The notes below the pieces were generated by a model, which was given only the letters and a program-made list of their open reading frames with translations, was not told the DNA's origin and did no database searches. Shown here one piece after another: positions 41,418 to 53,829 of a DNA stretch of 64,000 nt (the stretch's first letter is position 1; the number at the start of each line of letters is the position of its first letter). Where the stretch lies: the NCBI RefSeq assembly GCF_009931435.1, contig NZ_CP043414.1; one strand, given 5' to 3'. Position numbers and translations under genes: made by a program. The DNA comes from Escherichia coli. Its GTDB lineage: Bacteria > Pseudomonadota > Gammaproteobacteria > Enterobacterales > Enterobacteriaceae.

Positions 41418-42086
41418 TTACTTTTTGTTAACGTCAAACATAGTGGCATCGGTCGCCATGTCATCAATAACTTGTTTAATATTTTCGAAAGCCATTGGCG
41501 TACTTTCGTTATTCAGGTCTTTACCTTCGCCCTGACGAACGACTTTGATAACCGGTTTATTAGTAGCTGCATCAATCAGCTCACCTTCAAAATACAGGCG
41601 AGTATCCATGGTACGGTGGCCCGTCGCCATTTGCGTCCCCGCGACCACTAATGCGACAGGAACCACTTCATAGAATTGCAGCCCTTCTTTGCTGGTATCA
41701 ACACCGGTAATGGCCCCACGGAAAATCAGACTACGCGGCCCAGCGGTGGTAACCAGTGGTTTACGCTGCGCAATCGCTTCTTTCATTTCGGTGTTGGTAT
41801 AACTCAAAATTTTATCCAGAACTTTCTGCCCTACCTGGGTAGATGGTTTCGGTACCGGATAATAAGTGACTGGGTTCCAGACGATGCTGTCATATTTGCT
41901 TTGATCAAAACTCGGGTCTACCCAACGTAAAACAGGTTTACCTGTTGCTGAGGTTGTTTCTTTTAAATCAGAGTAATTGTTTAAAAAACCAGAATATTTA
42001 TCTGGCTGGGTGATTTTAGAGGCACAACCAGACAGAGCCAACAAGCCGCATAAAGCTGCAACTTTCGCAATTGATGTGGTACGCAT
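41418..42086 (-). CDS. ydcL: Lipoprotein YdcL (DUF3313)
   Basis: 222-aa ORF with lipobox LALSGC. Confidence 0.85.
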   Translation of the reverse strand: MRTTSIAKVAALCGLLALSGCASKITQPDKYSGFLNNYSDLKETTSATGKPVLRWVDPSFDQSKYDSIVWNPVTYYPVPKPSTQVGQKVLDKILSYTNTEMKEAIAQRKPLVTTAGPRSLIFRGAITGVDTSKEGLQFYEVVPVALVVAGTQMATGHRTMDTRLYFEGELIDAATNKPVIKVVRQGEGKDLNNESTPMAFENIKQVIDDMATDATMFDVNKK

Positions 42087-42388
42087 GAATAGTTTCCTGA
42101 GATGATTATATTACTTTCTAAGTTATAGCAAAAAGCGCCGCTTCGTGTTGTGGCAAAAAAAGTGTTGGTGAAAATAAATTTTTCAGCCCCTTTTCAGACG
42201 ACATAGTCAATGCCGAAAAAGGGGCTAAGTCAATCATCAGTAGTTAAATATCAGTGCGTTAATCTGATGAAAAACTTCGACTACCGTGATTAATTTCACA
42301 TCCTTTTGATTAAAAATATGCTTACCGAAAAGAACAACGGTTAACCATCTCAACGCGGGGCATTTTCACGCGCCTTGTTCTTACCGGG

Positions 42389-42982
42389 TCATTTTTTACG
42401 TGCCAGCATCGTGGCGAAACGCAGTTTAATCCGATTACCGTTGGCATCGGTGCGGTGCAACTCACCGACGTTTTCATTGTATTTCACCATCTCCCAGCCT
42501 TCGTAATATCGACGTAATTCTCCCTCTTTGAAGGCAAACGGGAAGCCGACGGTACATGGATAATCAGCGGTATTCATCGCCGCCACAATCAGGTTGTAAC
42601 CGCCAGGTTTAGTGCAACGTTGCATATTGGCAATCAGCCCAGGGATGGTTTTAGCCTCAAGGAACATCAGCACCACAGTCGAAAGAATAAAATCGTATTG
42701 CCCATCAAACGTGAAGTTATTCAGATCAACAACCCGGGTGTGTAAATTATCCAGATTTTCAATGGATTTAATGCGCTCGACGTTGGCGATACTCATGGCA
42801 TTTTTATCCCATGCGTCAACTTCATAACCATTGGCTGCCAGGTAAAGACTGTTACGACCATTGCCACAGCCCAGATCCAGCGTTTTACCGGGTTTAACCA
42901 CTTTCACCGCTTCCAGTACTTCAGAGTGTGTGCGGGTTAATTCATACTTATCAGTAAAATAGTTTTCGTCACGAATGATCAT
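42389..42982 (-). CDS. tehB: Tellurite methyltransferase
   Basis: 197-aa SAM-methyltransferase ([15 protein letters not shown] motif); overlaps tehA. Confidence 0.92.
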   Translation of the reverse strand: MIIRDENYFTDKYELTRTHSEVLEAVKVVKPGKTLDLGCGNGRNSLYLAANGYEVDAWDKNAMSIANVERIKSIENLDNLHTRVVDLNNFTFDGQYDFILSTVVLMFLEAKTIPGLIANMQRCTKPGGYNLIVAAMNTADYPCTVGFPFAFKEGELRRYYEGWEMVKYNENVGELHRTDANGNRIKLRFATMLARKK

Positions 42983-43971
42983 TCTTTGTCCTCAGCTTTC
43001 ATTAAAACGGCGCGCTCGGTTCTGATTAACAATTTCCCCTGCATCAGAAGCGCGAAAGTTCGGATGAGCAGTATTGCAATTATAAAATTGGTAAAGATAA
43101 ACAGCGGCACCGCCAGGGTATGGAAAAATCCATTATCGCTGCCACTCCCCAGATGCAAACCGGTGGTTGCCAGTGCAGATACGCCGAACGAGAAACTCCA
43201 GAATGAAGCATTAAATGGCTGGGAGAGATACCATGGCATCAGACGTAGCATAAACAGCAGTTGCAGCAGCCCATAACCGAAAAGCATTTTCGCCAGCGTG
43301 TCACCCTCGCCGCCGTTGACGCTCAGCCAGGCACTACAGGCCACCAGCGCAGGAGCGAGCTGAATGCCGAGTGATGTCCGCAATGCCGTGGGTAACTCTC
43401 CCGAACTGCGCAGACGCTGCAAGATCACCGGTTCCAGGCTTAACCATGAGAAAACGCCTGCGCCTAAAAACACCAGACCGGCGTCGGTGTAGCCCAATGC
43501 ACCACAGGCCATTGCGCTGATAAAGTTGTTGGCAACTGTCGGCAGATACAGTCCAGGCGTGGTAGCTTCTTCAGGATGAGATCCGCGCCATAATCCCGCA
43601 GTTTGCCAGGCGGCATAAGCCAACTGAACCACGACACCAAAACTGAACAGGCATACCGCCAGTGGGCGAAACCACGGAACAAAACCAATCGCTACCAGCA
43701 TCGTCGTTGCAGGAAACAAACTCACAAAACTGCTCATCACTGGATGGCGCACTTCCGCCAGCACGCTATGCGGAAAACGTATGAGTCGGGTAATAAATGC
43801 GCTAGTCAATAATCCCCAGATGATCATCGCCAGAATTACCAGCCCATCCCCTAACCAGTGGCTGACCTGCCAAACCTGGCTGGCATAGCGCCAGGCAAAT
43901 CCCATCCCTATCGTCCCCAACACAATACCAAAGTAGCCTGCCGGCAAATTGAGCACTTTATCGCTCTGCAT
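42979..43971 (-). CDS. tehA: Tellurite resistance / dicarboxylate exporter-like membrane protein
   Basis: Start moved to the ATG at 43969-43971 ([19 protein letters not shown]...), giving 330 aa. Confidence 0.9.
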   Translation of the reverse strand: MQSDKVLNLPAGYFGIVLGTIGMGFAWRYASQVWQVSHWLGDGLVILAMIIWGLLTSAFITRLIRFPHSVLAEVRHPVMSSFVSLFPATTMLVAIGFVPWFRPLAVCLFSFGVVVQLAYAAWQTAGLWRGSHPEEATTPGLYLPTVANNFISAMACGALGYTDAGLVFLGAGVFSWLSLEPVILQRLRSSGELPTALRTSLGIQLAPALVACSAWLSVNGGEGDTLAKMLFGYGLLQLLFMLRLMPWYLSQPFNASFWSFSFGVSALATTGLHLGSGSDNGFFHTLAVPLFIFTNFIIAILLIRTFALLMQGKLLIRTERAVLMKAEDKE

Positions 43972-44094
43972 CTTCTTACTCATTTTGTTTAATTTATAAA
44001 GTATATTTGAAATACATTTTATGGAATTTTCTCGAGCATAGCCAGAGCCGCAGAATTTGCTACGGTTATAGTAAGTCACCTGTGGGAAAACGCT

Positions 44095-45075
44095 ATGCGC
44101 AAATATCGTCTAAGTGAAGAACAGCGAGCCTTTAGTTATCAGGATGATGGCACTAAAAAAAGTGTGTTATTACGGCAAATTATCGCCATGAGCGATTTTA
44201 ACGATGTGATAGCAGGAACCGCTGGCGGCTGGATCGATCGCGAAACGGTGTTAGCGCAGGAAGGTAATTGCTGGATTTACGATCAGAATGCTATTGCGTT
44301 CGGCGGAACGGTGATTTCCGGTAATACGCGTATCACCGGCACCAGCGTCCTTTGGGGAGAGGTTTACGCAACGGATAACGTCTGGATCGATAATAGTGAA
44401 GTCAGTCAGGGCGCATATATAAGTGACAGTGTCACCATTCGTGACTCATTAGTTTGCGGTCAATGTAGAATATTTGGTCACGCCTTAATTGATCAACATT
44501 CTATGATCGTCGCCGCGCAAGGCTTAACCTCCAACCATCAACTCCTGCTACAAATTTATGATCGCGCAAGGGTTAGCGCCTCGCGTATTGTCCACCAGGC
44601 ACAAATTTATGGCGATGCCGTCGTCCGGTATGCTTTTATTGAACATCGCGCCGAAATTTTTGATTTTGCCAGTATTGAAGGTAATGAAGAGAACAACGTC
44701 TGGCTATGCGATTGCGCTAAAGTCTACGGTCACGCGCAGGTGAAAGCTGGCATAGAAGAAGATGCCATTCCGACGATTCATTACAGTTCGCAGGTAGCGG
44801 AATATGCCATTGTGGAAGGTAATTGTGTGTTAAAACATCATGTCTTGATTGGCGGAAAGGCAGTGGTACGTGGCGGACCGATTCTGCTCGACGAGCACGT
44901 TGTAATACAAGGTGAGAGCCGTATTACAGGTGCGGTGATAATTGAAAACCATGTGGAGTTGACCGACCACGCCGTCGTTGAAGCCTTTGATGGCGACACG
45001 GTTCATGTCCGTGGTCCAAAAGTCATTAACGGCGAAGAGCGCATTACGCGAACGCCGCTGGCAGGGTTATTGTGA
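44095..45075 (+). CDS. ydcK: Hexapeptide-repeat protein YdcK
   Basis: 326-aa ORF with left-handed beta-helix-type repeats. Confidence 0.82.
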   Translation: MRKYRLSEEQRAFSYQDDGTKKSVLLRQIIAMSDFNDVIAGTAGGWIDRETVLAQEGNCWIYDQNAIAFGGTVISGNTRITGTSVLWGEVYATDNVWIDNSEVSQGAYISDSVTIRDSLVCGQCRIFGHALIDQHSMIVAAQGLTSNHQLLLQIYDRARVSASRIVHQAQIYGDAVVRYAFIEHRAEIFDFASIEGNEENNVWLCDCAKVYGHAQVKAGIEEDAIPTIHYSSQVAEYAIVEGNCVLKHHVLIGGKAVVRGGPILLDEHVVIQGESRITGAVIIENHVELTDHAVVEAFDGDTVHVRGPKVINGEERITRTPLAGLL

Positions 45076-45606
45076 ATCGATAATACGCGCGTATAAGTTC
45101 ACATCATCATAGGCATCATTCAGAAACTCAGCCTGTTTCAGGCAACCTTCAAGGATAAAACCATTGCGCAAAGCGACCTGGTTGCTTTGCGCATTATCCA
45201 CCCGACATTTGATCACGAAGCGTCTAAGTTCACCAGACTGAGCGTAATGATGAATCAATGCCTGCAGCGCCTGAGAAATGATCCCCTGCCCCTGATGAGA
45301 TTCGTCCAGCCAGTAGCCGATTTCAGCGGTTTTATTCAGTGGTTCAATACGATTAAACGAGATAACGCCGATAAGTTCATCTTCTTTGAAAATCATGAAC
45401 ATTTTGGCATAGCCGCGTTGATGCAACATTACATTGCCCTGCACCGTTTTTCGCGTGTCCTCTTCACTTTGAACAAACTGCGGCCAGTTTAGCGACTGCT
45501 GTAACCAGGTTCTATTTTTACAGATTAACTGATAAAGAGGTGTGACATGACTTTCTGCAACAGCATGTAATTCAAGTGATTCACTTACTTTTATCGTTTC
45601 AGCCAT
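45067..45606 (-). CDS. rimL: Ribosomal-protein L7/L12 serine acetyltransferase
   Basis: GNAT fold; start set at the second ATG (GGAG RBS), giving 179 aa. Confidence 0.85.
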   Translation of the reverse strand: MAETIKVSESLELHAVAESHVTPLYQLICKNRTWLQQSLNWPQFVQSEEDTRKTVQGNVMLHQRGYAKMFMIFKEDELIGVISFNRIEPLNKTAEIGYWLDESHQGQGIISQALQALIHHYAQSGELRRFVIKCRVDNAQSNQVALRNGFILEGCLKQAEFLNDAYDDVNLYARIIDSQ

Positions 45607-45644
45607 CTTATCTCCAGTCAATCCATGCAGTTGTTAAAAAAGCC

Positions 45645-45669
45645 GCCTGGCTGGCGGCTTAGGAAAGTT
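45645..45669 (-). terminator. Rho-independent terminator after ydcH (agccgccagccaggcggct plus a T-run on the minus strand)
   Basis: Stem-loop followed by tttttt in the minus sense. Confidence 0.55.
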
Positions 45670-45893
45670 TACACCTCTTTGACGCTCTCCTGCTGCAGGA
45701 TTTTGAGCATCTCATCTTTTAACTGTAGCTTTTGTTTTTTCATGCGGACCACTTCCGCATTGTACCCTCGACCGTCGGAACCTTCCTTTCTGGCAATTTC
45801 ATGATCAAGTTTATTGTGTTTATCGAACAAGGACATAAAGCGAGGATTTTCGTTTTTCAGACGGGATATTAAATCTCGGTATTCTGGAAACAT
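45669..45893 (-). CDS. ydcH: DUF465 small protein YdcH
   Basis: 74 aa from the ATG at 45891-45893 (MFPEYRDLISRLKNENPRF...). Confidence 0.8.
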   Translation of the reverse strand: MFPEYRDLISRLKNENPRFMSLFDKHNKLDHEIARKEGSDGRGYNAEVVRMKKQKLQLKDEMLKILQQESVKEV

Positions 45894-46032
45894 ACGCACT
45901 CCCTGTTAGTGGCTGACAAGGTGTATCTGAAATACACACCATCAGATTACTCATTTAACTTAGGGAAAAATGCGAGCGGGATCGTGTTTAACCAGACGAC
46001 ACCTCCCGAAGAAGGTGCCGAAGAAAAAACGA

Positions 46033-47688
46033 TTAACTCATCACGCGGTCGTCAACATACTGACGTTTATCCGGCGCTGGCGGGAAATACTGATACAGCC
46101 ATGTTTCACTGATAGCGTCGCCCTGACAACGCAGATACATCCGCATATCGACCGGATCAGTGGAGTCCGAAGTCGGATACCAGTCAAACTGAATACGATA
46201 ACCATCAATGGGTTCAATATAGAGAATTTCGATTTGCTTCGCTTCCCCACTGGAAAGCGTAATCACCGGCTCAATGCCTTTTGGTGCGGCAGCTTTCAGA
46301 TCACCACCAACGAAATCGACGGCAAAACGACGCGCCCATTTTTCGGGATAGTGTTCACCAGGCGCCCAACCTTCCGGGAAACCGCCCATGCCGGTACGCG
46401 TTGCCATAACGCGCGCTAATGGGCAATGAACAGGCGGTTGCGCACTCCAGTACAGACGATACTGGAATGCAAACTCATCACCCGCTTTTACAGCTTTTTC
46501 TGGCTGCCAGAAGCAGACAATGTTATCCAGCGTTTCGCCCGTTGTTGGGATTTCCATCAGGCCGATGGTGCCCTTACCCCACTTGTTACGCGGCTCCACC
46601 CACAGACTTGGGCGTTTGTTATACCAGCCCATAATGTCCTGATAATGGGAGAAATCACGATCCAGTTGCAATAAACCAAACCCTTTCGGGTTGTTGTCGG
46701 TGTAAGCATTGAACTGCAATTTTTGCGGATTGTTCAGCGGACGACAAATCCACTCGCCGTTGCCCCGCCACATGGACAAACGATCAGAGTCATGGATTTG
46801 CGGATGAATGGTGTCGCACATCCGACGTTCATTAGTACCGCAGCTGAACATACTGGTCATCGGCGCAATGCCCAGCTGTTTAATGTCTTTGCGCGCATAC
46901 AGGTGATTTTCCACATCCATAATCACCTGACTTTTCTCGCAATGGATAGTGAACTTATAGGCACCAGTAATGCTGGCGCTATCGAGCAACGCATAAACGG
47001 TAAAGGTGGTTGCCCCCGGTTTTACCGTATCAAACCAGAAGGCGGTAAAGTCGGGGAACTCTTCTTTACTGTCGGTGTAAGTGTCGATCGCCAGGCCGCG
47101 AGCCGACAAACCGTATTGATATGTATCATCAACCGCGCGGAAATAACTCGCACCGAGGAATGATACGACATCACGGCGCGCCAGTTCGGGGGCTTTAAAC
47201 ACGCGAAAACCGGCAAAACCGAGATCGCTTTGCCCTTCTAATTGTTTGGTATCAACACCCGCATCGTTGTATTTGAACAACTCCGGGCGAAAGTGAATTT
47301 CACGCGCCAGATGTGTTGCGGGATCAACAGAAAACATACGAACGCGGCGACGGAATCCCATTCCCATATGGAAGAACTGAGCGTCCAGTTGACGGTTCTC
47401 AACGTTATGCCAGAGCGATTTTTCGGCGTCGTATTGAATACTGTTATAAGCCTGCGGCGTCATTGTCGCCAGAGTGTCAGGTAACGGACGCGGCGCACCA
47501 CGCCACGCGGTTTGCGCTAAGTCGTGCGCCATTGACTGTAGAATGGAGAAGTCAAAACGCTGGGTTTGCCCGTCGGCAATATCAGAATCTGCCGCGAATG
47601 CCGCCTGAGAAAAAAGAGAAGCAATGCCGCTGGTACCGCACACGGCGGCCATAGCCATTGAACCTTTAATAAATCGTCTACGATCCAT
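46033..47688 (-). CDS. opgD: Glucans biosynthesis protein D (periplasmic, Tat signal)
   Basis: 551 aa; twin-arginine motif [16 protein letters not shown]. Confidence 0.92.
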   Translation of the reverse strand: MDRRRFIKGSMAMAAVCGTSGIASLFSQAAFAADSDIADGQTQRFDFSILQSMAHDLAQTAWRGAPRPLPDTLATMTPQAYNSIQYDAEKSLWHNVENRQLDAQFFHMGMGFRRRVRMFSVDPATHLAREIHFRPELFKYNDAGVDTKQLEGQSDLGFAGFRVFKAPELARRDVVSFLGASYFRAVDDTYQYGLSARGLAIDTYTDSKEEFPDFTAFWFDTVKPGATTFTVYALLDSASITGAYKFTIHCEKSQVIMDVENHLYARKDIKQLGIAPMTSMFSCGTNERRMCDTIHPQIHDSDRLSMWRGNGEWICRPLNNPQKLQFNAYTDNNPKGFGLLQLDRDFSHYQDIMGWYNKRPSLWVEPRNKWGKGTIGLMEIPTTGETLDNIVCFWQPEKAVKAGDEFAFQYRLYWSAQPPVHCPLARVMATRTGMGGFPEGWAPGEHYPEKWARRFAVDFVGGDLKAAAPKGIEPVITLSSGEAKQIEILYIEPIDGYRIQFDWYPTSDSTDPVDMRMYLRCQGDAISETWLYQYFPPAPDKRQYVDDRVMS

Positions 47689-47912
47689 ACCTGAAAGTGA
47701 GTCCTTCTGGTGTTGTGAATGGTCCCGCGCTGGTCGTTTTCAGCGGCAAGAAAGTGCTTATTTATGACCGCTCACTCTAGACAATATTTATTAATAATCC
47801 AATTGTTGAACTCAGAGAATATGCATTAATCGGCAATTTTTTTATGTCGATGGGATGAGCCTGATTCGTTTGTAAAATCAGGCAAATTTTTGCAAAGGCA
47901 GATAGTCAAAAT

Positions 47913-49256
47913 TTAAAGCAAACCACAGCGGCGTTTACTGCGTTCTTCCGCTTCCTGATAAAGCTGGAACTCATCAAAAACTGGGCATCCCAACGCATGT
48001 TCGAAAGCTTCGCGGCTGGCATTACCGTGACTGCGTGCCTGCGTTTCATTACCCAGATTTGACTGGAAGATCCCCGCAGCGCTAACAGGCAAAAAATCTT
48101 CATAAGTAATGGGTTGTGCCACTACCCAACCACGTTCAATTAAGGGTTGTGGATCGTCTCCGGGATGAATCGCCTGACGATGCGCCTCACCTGAAGGCGT
48201 CAAACGATATCGGAACCATGCCAACCCTTGCTGACGCATTAAAAACTCACTGTCAGGAAAAGTGCGGAAGGTTTCCTGTAAATGCATTTGATGAGTGAGA
48301 TTATCCTGCCCGGTTCCAGCGTTCCGCAGAAGATCATCATACATTTGTCGTCCTTTCGGCGTTAATGCCACGCCACGCTGCTCTATTTCACCAAAGCGCG
48401 CGGTATGCGTGCCCTGTTTCTGCCCCGCAAACAACACCTTCTCTTCCAGTGCTTTAAAGCTGGTCTGGCGTAGTAAAATCGGTACCTCGCGGCGCGGCGG
48501 CCCTTCGATCAGAATTTTGGGTTCAATTCCGCATTCAGGCATCATCGACTGCACACGGTCAATATCCAGCGTACGTGGCGTCAGGTGGTTGATATGGCAC
48601 CCAGGAAAACAGACCACATCAGCAATCAGCCGATGTTCGTTGTGCAACGCACGATAGGTTTCTTCATCAACCGTTGCTGACTGGTGCCAGCGAAACGTTT
48701 CCAGGGCTTCCTGCACAAACTCCTGTGCCTGTGTTTCGTTAAAACCGCCCCGCTGCTCATACTCCTCTAACAGTTGTCGACAACGTGGGGTGAAGATATC
48801 GCGCTGACGCAGAATCTCCGCCGCTTTCTGGCGCAAAAATTCGTTCTCGATAAGCTCAAGACGGAGTAATGAGGTAAAAACGCGGAAGGGATTACGCGCC
48901 AGAGAAGCATCATCAATGGGCCGAAATGCTGTGGAATGTACCGGCACGCCCGCCTGCGAGAGATCGTAATAGCTCACCGGGTACATCCCCATAATGGCAA
49001 ACATCCGCCGAAGAGTAGCAAGCTCTTGTGCAGTCCCAACGCGAATTGCCCCATGACGTTCAACATTCAGTCGCGCCAGCTCGTCTGCATTTACCATTTT
49101 TTCGTGCAGTTGAGGATTGTTTTCCAGCACAGCCAGATTCACATCAGCTACCAGTTCCAGCAGCGTGCCGTACTGCGGAACTTCTTGCTGGTACATGGCT
49201 GACATTGCCTGCGAAAACTGTTCCCGAATCTCATCCGCCGTGATGCTGTTCGCCAT
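47913..49256 (-). CDS. ydcJ: DUF1338-family protein YdcJ
   Basis: 447-aa ORF; gene order. Confidence 0.82.
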   Translation of the reverse strand: MANSITADEIREQFSQAMSAMYQQEVPQYGTLLELVADVNLAVLENNPQLHEKMVNADELARLNVERHGAIRVGTAQELATLRRMFAIMGMYPVSYYDLSQAGVPVHSTAFRPIDDASLARNPFRVFTSLLRLELIENEFLRQKAAEILRQRDIFTPRCRQLLEEYEQRGGFNETQAQEFVQEALETFRWHQSATVDEETYRALHNEHRLIADVVCFPGCHINHLTPRTLDIDRVQSMMPECGIEPKILIEGPPRREVPILLRQTSFKALEEKVLFAGQKQGTHTARFGEIEQRGVALTPKGRQMYDDLLRNAGTGQDNLTHQMHLQETFRTFPDSEFLMRQQGLAWFRYRLTPSGEAHRQAIHPGDDPQPLIERGWVVAQPITYEDFLPVSAAGIFQSNLGNETQARSHGNASREAFEHALGCPVFDEFQLYQEAEERSKRRCGLL

Positions 49257-49472
49257 AATGTCTGCCTCCAGTGGTCAGTAATCTGGAGTGTAGGTAACCG
49301 CATTCACTCTGGCGGGAAGAATTTGCAAACTGTGATCTCGCCGCGAAAACATCAATATTATCCATTTCGCTGTAACACAATTGCTTTATTTGTTAATAAT
49401 ATTTTGCAACTAAGTTATCATAATCAAACAACTTCACTTGTCAGCGACACTGCTTCGTTTTTAACATCGCTT

Positions 49473-50396
49473 ATGGAAAAAAATAGTCTGTTTAGTCAGC
49501 GCATCCGTTTGCGCCACCTTCATACATTCGTAGCTGTCGCACAACAAGGAACTTTGGGGCGCGCGGCTGAAACCCTTAATTTGAGTCAACCTGCGCTCTC
49601 TAAAACATTGAATGAACTGGAGCAGCTGACGGGCGCTCGCTTGTTTGAGCGTGGTCGTCAGGGGGCGCAACTTACCTTACCCGGCGAACAATTTTTAACA
49701 CATGCAGTCAGAGTTCTTGACGCTATTAACACTGCCGGACAGTCGCTTCATCGTAAAGAAGGTCTTAACAATGATGTCGTCAGGGTAGGTGCATTACCTA
49801 CCGCGGCGCTGGGAATATTACCTTCGGTTATAGGTCAGTTTCATCAGCAACAAAAAGAGACGACCTTGCAAGTTGCGACAATGAGTAACCCTATGATTCT
49901 GGCGGGTTTGAAGACTGGCGAAATCGATATCGGCATTGGTCGGATGTCAGATCCTGAACTGATGACCGGGCTTAATTATGAACTGCTGTTTCTTGAATCG
50001 CTGAAGCTGGTCGTCCGCCCTAATCACCCGCTACTTCAGGAGAACGTAACGCTAAGCCGGGTGCTGGAATGGCCGGTTGTTGTATCACCAGAAGGCACTG
50101 CGCCACGCCAGCATTCAGATGCATTAGTGCAGAGCCAGGGCTGTAAAATTCCTTCGGGCTGTATCGAAACACTGTCTGCTTCGCTATCTCGTCAACTTAC
50201 GGTTGAATACGACTACGTGTGGTTTGTCCCTTCTGGCGCTGTAAAAGACGACCTGCGTCATGCCACGCTGGTGGCCCTGCCTGTTCCGGGTCATGGTGCA
50301 GGCGAACCGATTGGAATACTGACCCGCGTAGATGCGACGTTCTCTTCTGGTTGCCAGTTGATGATTAACGCTATTCGAAAATCAATGCCGTTCTGA
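49473..50396 (+). CDS. ydcI: LysR-family transcriptional regulator
   Basis: Start moved to the ATG at 49473 (MEKNSLFSQRIRLRHLHTFVAVAQQGTLGRAAE... HTH), giving 307 aa. Confidence 0.85.
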   Translation: MEKNSLFSQRIRLRHLHTFVAVAQQGTLGRAAETLNLSQPALSKTLNELEQLTGARLFERGRQGAQLTLPGEQFLTHAVRVLDAINTAGQSLHRKEGLNNDVVRVGALPTAALGILPSVIGQFHQQQKETTLQVATMSNPMILAGLKTGEIDIGIGRMSDPELMTGLNYELLFLESLKLVVRPNHPLLQENVTLSRVLEWPVVVSPEGTAPRQHSDALVQSQGCKIPSGCIETLSASLSRQLTVEYDYVWFVPSGAVKDDLRHATLVALPVPGHGAGEPIGILTRVDATFSSGCQLMINAIRKSMPF

Positions 50397-50432
50397 AAAG
50401 TAAGGGATCTTTCGATCCCTTCTTTGATATTT

Positions 50433-52073
50433 TCACGCTGTTGCGAAACTAACAGACTCACCAGCTCCGCGTGATTCTGCCAACACAGAATGTTTGTTCA
50501 GGCGGAAAACGTCTACCGCCTCAGTTAATCGTGCAGCCTGTTCTTCAAGGGATAGCGCCGCCGCAGAAGCTTCTTCTACCAGAGAAGCATTCTGTTGCGT
50601 CACCTTATCCATTTCGGAAATCGCCTGGCTCACCTGCGTTATGCCTCTACTTTGTTCATCCGAGGCGGCGGCAATCTCCTGCATGATATGTGTGACACTC
50701 GCGACGGCATCAACAATCGTGCTCATGGTTTTCCCTGCCGTTGCCACTTCAACCGACCCCAGGTCAATTAACCTGACTGATTCACTGATCAAGCCTTCAA
50801 TCTCTTTCGCCGCCTGGGCGCTGCGACTTGCGAGTGTCCGTACTTCGCTGGCGACAACGGCAAATCCACGTCCTTGCTCACCCGCTCGCGCGGCTTCAAC
50901 GGCAGCATTCAGCGCCAGAATATTTGTCTGGAAAGCAATGCTGTTGATGACGGCAGTGATCTCGGAAATTTTCTTCGAACTCGTGGAGATAGCGCCCATC
51001 GTTTTTACTACACCGGAAACCGTCTCCCCGCCATCGCTGGCTTTAATGGAGGCCTCTTGCGCCAGTTTGCTGGCATGATGCGCGTTATCCGCATTCTGTT
51101 TCACCGTCGCAGTGAGTTGCTCCATGCTAGCGGCAGTTTGTTCGATTGCCGCCGCTTGTTCTTCGGTGCGAGATGAAAGGTCCGCATTGCCAGCGGAAAT
51201 TTCGCTGGTGCCACGATAAATCTCTTCCGCGCCCTGTCGAACAGTCCCGACTGTCATCCCCAGTGAATGCTGCATTTGCTGTAAATGATGACTTAAGCGA
51301 CCGATTTCATTACGACCCGCCGGTTCATCATTCATCGTCAGATCGCCACTGGCAATTTTTTCAATCCGTTGTGCGGCATGTTGCAGTGGACGAATGACGA
51401 TCCGACGTAGCACCATAAATGTTATCAGCGTCATGACCACGGCAAGCACAAACGCGCCAATCATAAACATCACACCCAGGCGGGTACGCTGATGGGCCTG
51501 TTCCGCCAGTTGGTTGGCTCTGGTGCTACGTATCTTAACGGCTTTGCTCAAAATATCGGTATAAGCATTATCCAGCGGTCGGTTCTGCTCACTTTCATGA
51601 TTGATAATCGCTTCAAACATGCCATTTTTGGCATATTTCAACATAGGTTGCATACCCGTGATATAAGCCTGAAAGCGTTGATTTAATTCAGTGTCGAGGG
51701 CTTCATCAGCAGGTGTTTTCACCGGCCGATTCTGATAAGCACGATACCCTTGCTGCGACTGTTTAATCTCCGATTCGGCTTGCGCAATATTTCGCTTCAT
51801 TGCTTCCATTTCCGCAATACGACTCGCCGCCCCGGCCTGAATCATATTGATCCGGGCCGAACGCAAAAAATCTGAGCTGTTCGCTAACCCGGTCCGAATC
51901 TCAATCTCCGCAGTCACATCACGCTGATCGCGATCGGCCTGCCAGAGGAAATAGCCAGCCAGGGCTGAACTCAAGGCAAACAGAAGTAAGATACCGCCAA
52001 GAATGCAGGCAAATAACGGAACCAGCCTGATGTGATGCAAAAAACCTAATCGCTGTGAGGGAGTTGTATTCAT
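50433..52073 (-). CDS. trg: Methyl-accepting chemotaxis protein III (ribose/galactose sensor)
   Basis: 546 aa; HAMP domain and conserved MCP signalling domain. Confidence 0.92.
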   Translation of the reverse strand: MNTTPSQRLGFLHHIRLVPLFACILGGILLLFALSSALAGYFLWQADRDQRDVTAEIEIRTGLANSSDFLRSARINMIQAGAASRIAEMEAMKRNIAQAESEIKQSQQGYRAYQNRPVKTPADEALDTELNQRFQAYITGMQPMLKYAKNGMFEAIINHESEQNRPLDNAYTDILSKAVKIRSTRANQLAEQAHQRTRLGVMFMIGAFVLAVVMTLITFMVLRRIVIRPLQHAAQRIEKIASGDLTMNDEPAGRNEIGRLSHHLQQMQHSLGMTVGTVRQGAEEIYRGTSEISAGNADLSSRTEEQAAAIEQTAASMEQLTATVKQNADNAHHASKLAQEASIKASDGGETVSGVVKTMGAISTSSKKISEITAVINSIAFQTNILALNAAVEAARAGEQGRGFAVVASEVRTLASRSAQAAKEIEGLISESVRLIDLGSVEVATAGKTMSTIVDAVASVTHIMQEIAAASDEQSRGITQVSQAISEMDKVTQQNASLVEEASAAALSLEEQAARLTEAVDVFRLNKHSVLAESRGAGESVSFATA

Positions 52074-52374
52074 TACCGTTGTCTCTCTTCCAGGTTTACT
52101 CCTGATAGAAAGTCATCGGCATTTGACGGTAATTACTTACGACTAAAAACCTCTTTGCGTCACATTTTTACAACAATTATTGCAGAGAAGATTAATGCCA
52201 TTGGATTGAAGAAAGTGAGGAATGGTTAAACTGGCTAACCCGAATGACGAAAAATTCTGGAAAACAGCACGCAATTTCGTCAGGTGATTATTTTCGTCCC
52301 TAAGGAAACCACATAGGATGCTCACGGGTGCCTGAGACTTTCTGTTTTCAGGCTAACCGGGAATCAGAAAGACG

Positions 52375-52413
52375 AAGGCCCCGACCGATATTTCTATCAA
52401 CCGAGGCCAACGA

Positions 52414-52440
<27 letters not shown>
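52375..52440 (-). ncRNA. sokB: Putative sokB antisense RNA of the hokB locus (approximate position)
   Basis: Placed only by analogy with hok/sok architecture (antisense over the mok start region); boundaries not determined from sequence. Confidence 0.3.
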
Positions 52441-52621
<181 letters not shown>

Positions 52622-52692
52622 GGGCAAGCGCGGGGATTTTCCCCGCGCATCTGACTAGCGGATTCAGTTTCTCATGGCACCCCTTTTACACT

Positions 52693-52866
52693 TCAGTTAG
52701 TGCATGTTTTTTTCGATGCACTAATAGAACCATCATTACAGACAAATTTGCCGCCTGCCGTACAGTGTGAGATCCCCCCTTTCGAACCAGAACAGGGTTT
52801 GCGCCCGGCATCGGCATAAAAGGAAACAAGCGCTCCCATAACCAAGATAAGTGCCAATTTTTTCAT
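52693..52866 (-). CDS. ydcA: Small secreted protein YdcA (57 aa)
   Basis: GGAGG RBS; MKKLALILVMGALVSFYADAGRKPCSGSKGGISHCTAGGKFVCNDGSISASKKTCTN; below the ORF-track cutoff. Confidence 0.7.
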   Translation of the reverse strand: MKKLALILVMGALVSFYADAGRKPCSGSKGGISHCTAGGKFVCNDGSISASKKTCTN

Positions 52867-53056
52867 ATAACCTCCATGATTTATCGAATCTTATGTTCGA
52901 TTTGAACGTTATACGCTGGTTTATTTTGATACCGTTGATGAGATCAAAGATCGGGTGAATTGATTAAAGATAAGCCAGATGGACATATGGACAAGGATTA
53001 TGGTTTTATTTGTCATACAAATAAATATAATAGGCGCTTCCGATGTAGGCCCGTAT

Positions 53057-53120
53057 TCTTCGCCTGTACCACGGGTCGGTTTTAGTACAGGCGTTTTCTT
53101 TAAATATCCTTCAGGAACGT
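53057..53120 (+). ncRNA. rydC: Hfq-dependent small RNA RydC
   Basis: cttccgatgtaggcccgtattcttcgcctgtaccacgggtcggttttagtacaggcgttttctt matches the recalled RydC sequence; terminal hairpin plus U-run; overlaps the cybB 3' end on the opposite strand. Confidence 0.65.
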
Positions 53121-53641
53121 TTACGCGGCATCATGCGTAGAAGTGTGTTGTCCTTCCAGAAATAGTGGTGTGCCAGTGCAGCCGCAGCGTGCAACCCGAT
53201 GACAAAATATCCCAGATTCGCCAGCGTCTCATGCCACCACTTTAAGCTATCAACCCGTTCGAAATTGGCCTCTGCTGCATAAGGCATTGTCATACCAAAC
53301 GCAAACCACGGGTTGCCCCGGTTATACATCATCACCAAACCAATCACTGGCAGCGCAATAAACAGGAGATAGATCACCAAATGTCCCAAATGTGCCAGTC
53401 CCGTCATCATCGGTTTTGGTTTAGGTACAATCGGCGGAGTTGAGTATTTAAGCCTTAACAAAAGACGAACAACCATCAGCACGAGAATTGAGATGCCACA
53501 GGAAACATGAATCATGTTGATGAGCGGCCGATCGCTACGTGGGAAGAAACCACGAAACTCCATTGCGCAATACGCTGCGATAACCAACAAAAAGACCAGC
53601 CAGTGAATGCTGATTTGTAACCTTGAGTATTTATTTTCCAT
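53111..53641 (-). CDS. cybB: Cytochrome b561
   Basis: 176 aa from the ATG at 53639-53641 (MENKYSRLQISIHWLVFLLV...); conserved His ligands. Confidence 0.9.
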   Translation of the reverse strand: MENKYSRLQISIHWLVFLLVIAAYCAMEFRGFFPRSDRPLINMIHVSCGISILVLMVVRLLLRLKYSTPPIVPKPKPMMTGLAHLGHLVIYLLFIALPVIGLVMMYNRGNPWFAFGMTMPYAAEANFERVDSLKWWHETLANLGYFVIGLHAAAALAHHYFWKDNTLLRMMPRKRS

Positions 53642-53829
53642 AACATTTCCTGCTTTAACATAATTTTCCGTTAACATAACGAGCTTTTCTTAAAATTTCA
53701 TTAAATATTGTTCACCCGTTTTCAGTACGTTACGTTTCACGGCAAGAATGTAGATTGCCCATCCCGCCATCCTGGTCTAAGCCTGGAAAGGATCAATTTT
53801 CATCCGAACGTTCCTGACAGGAGAAGACC

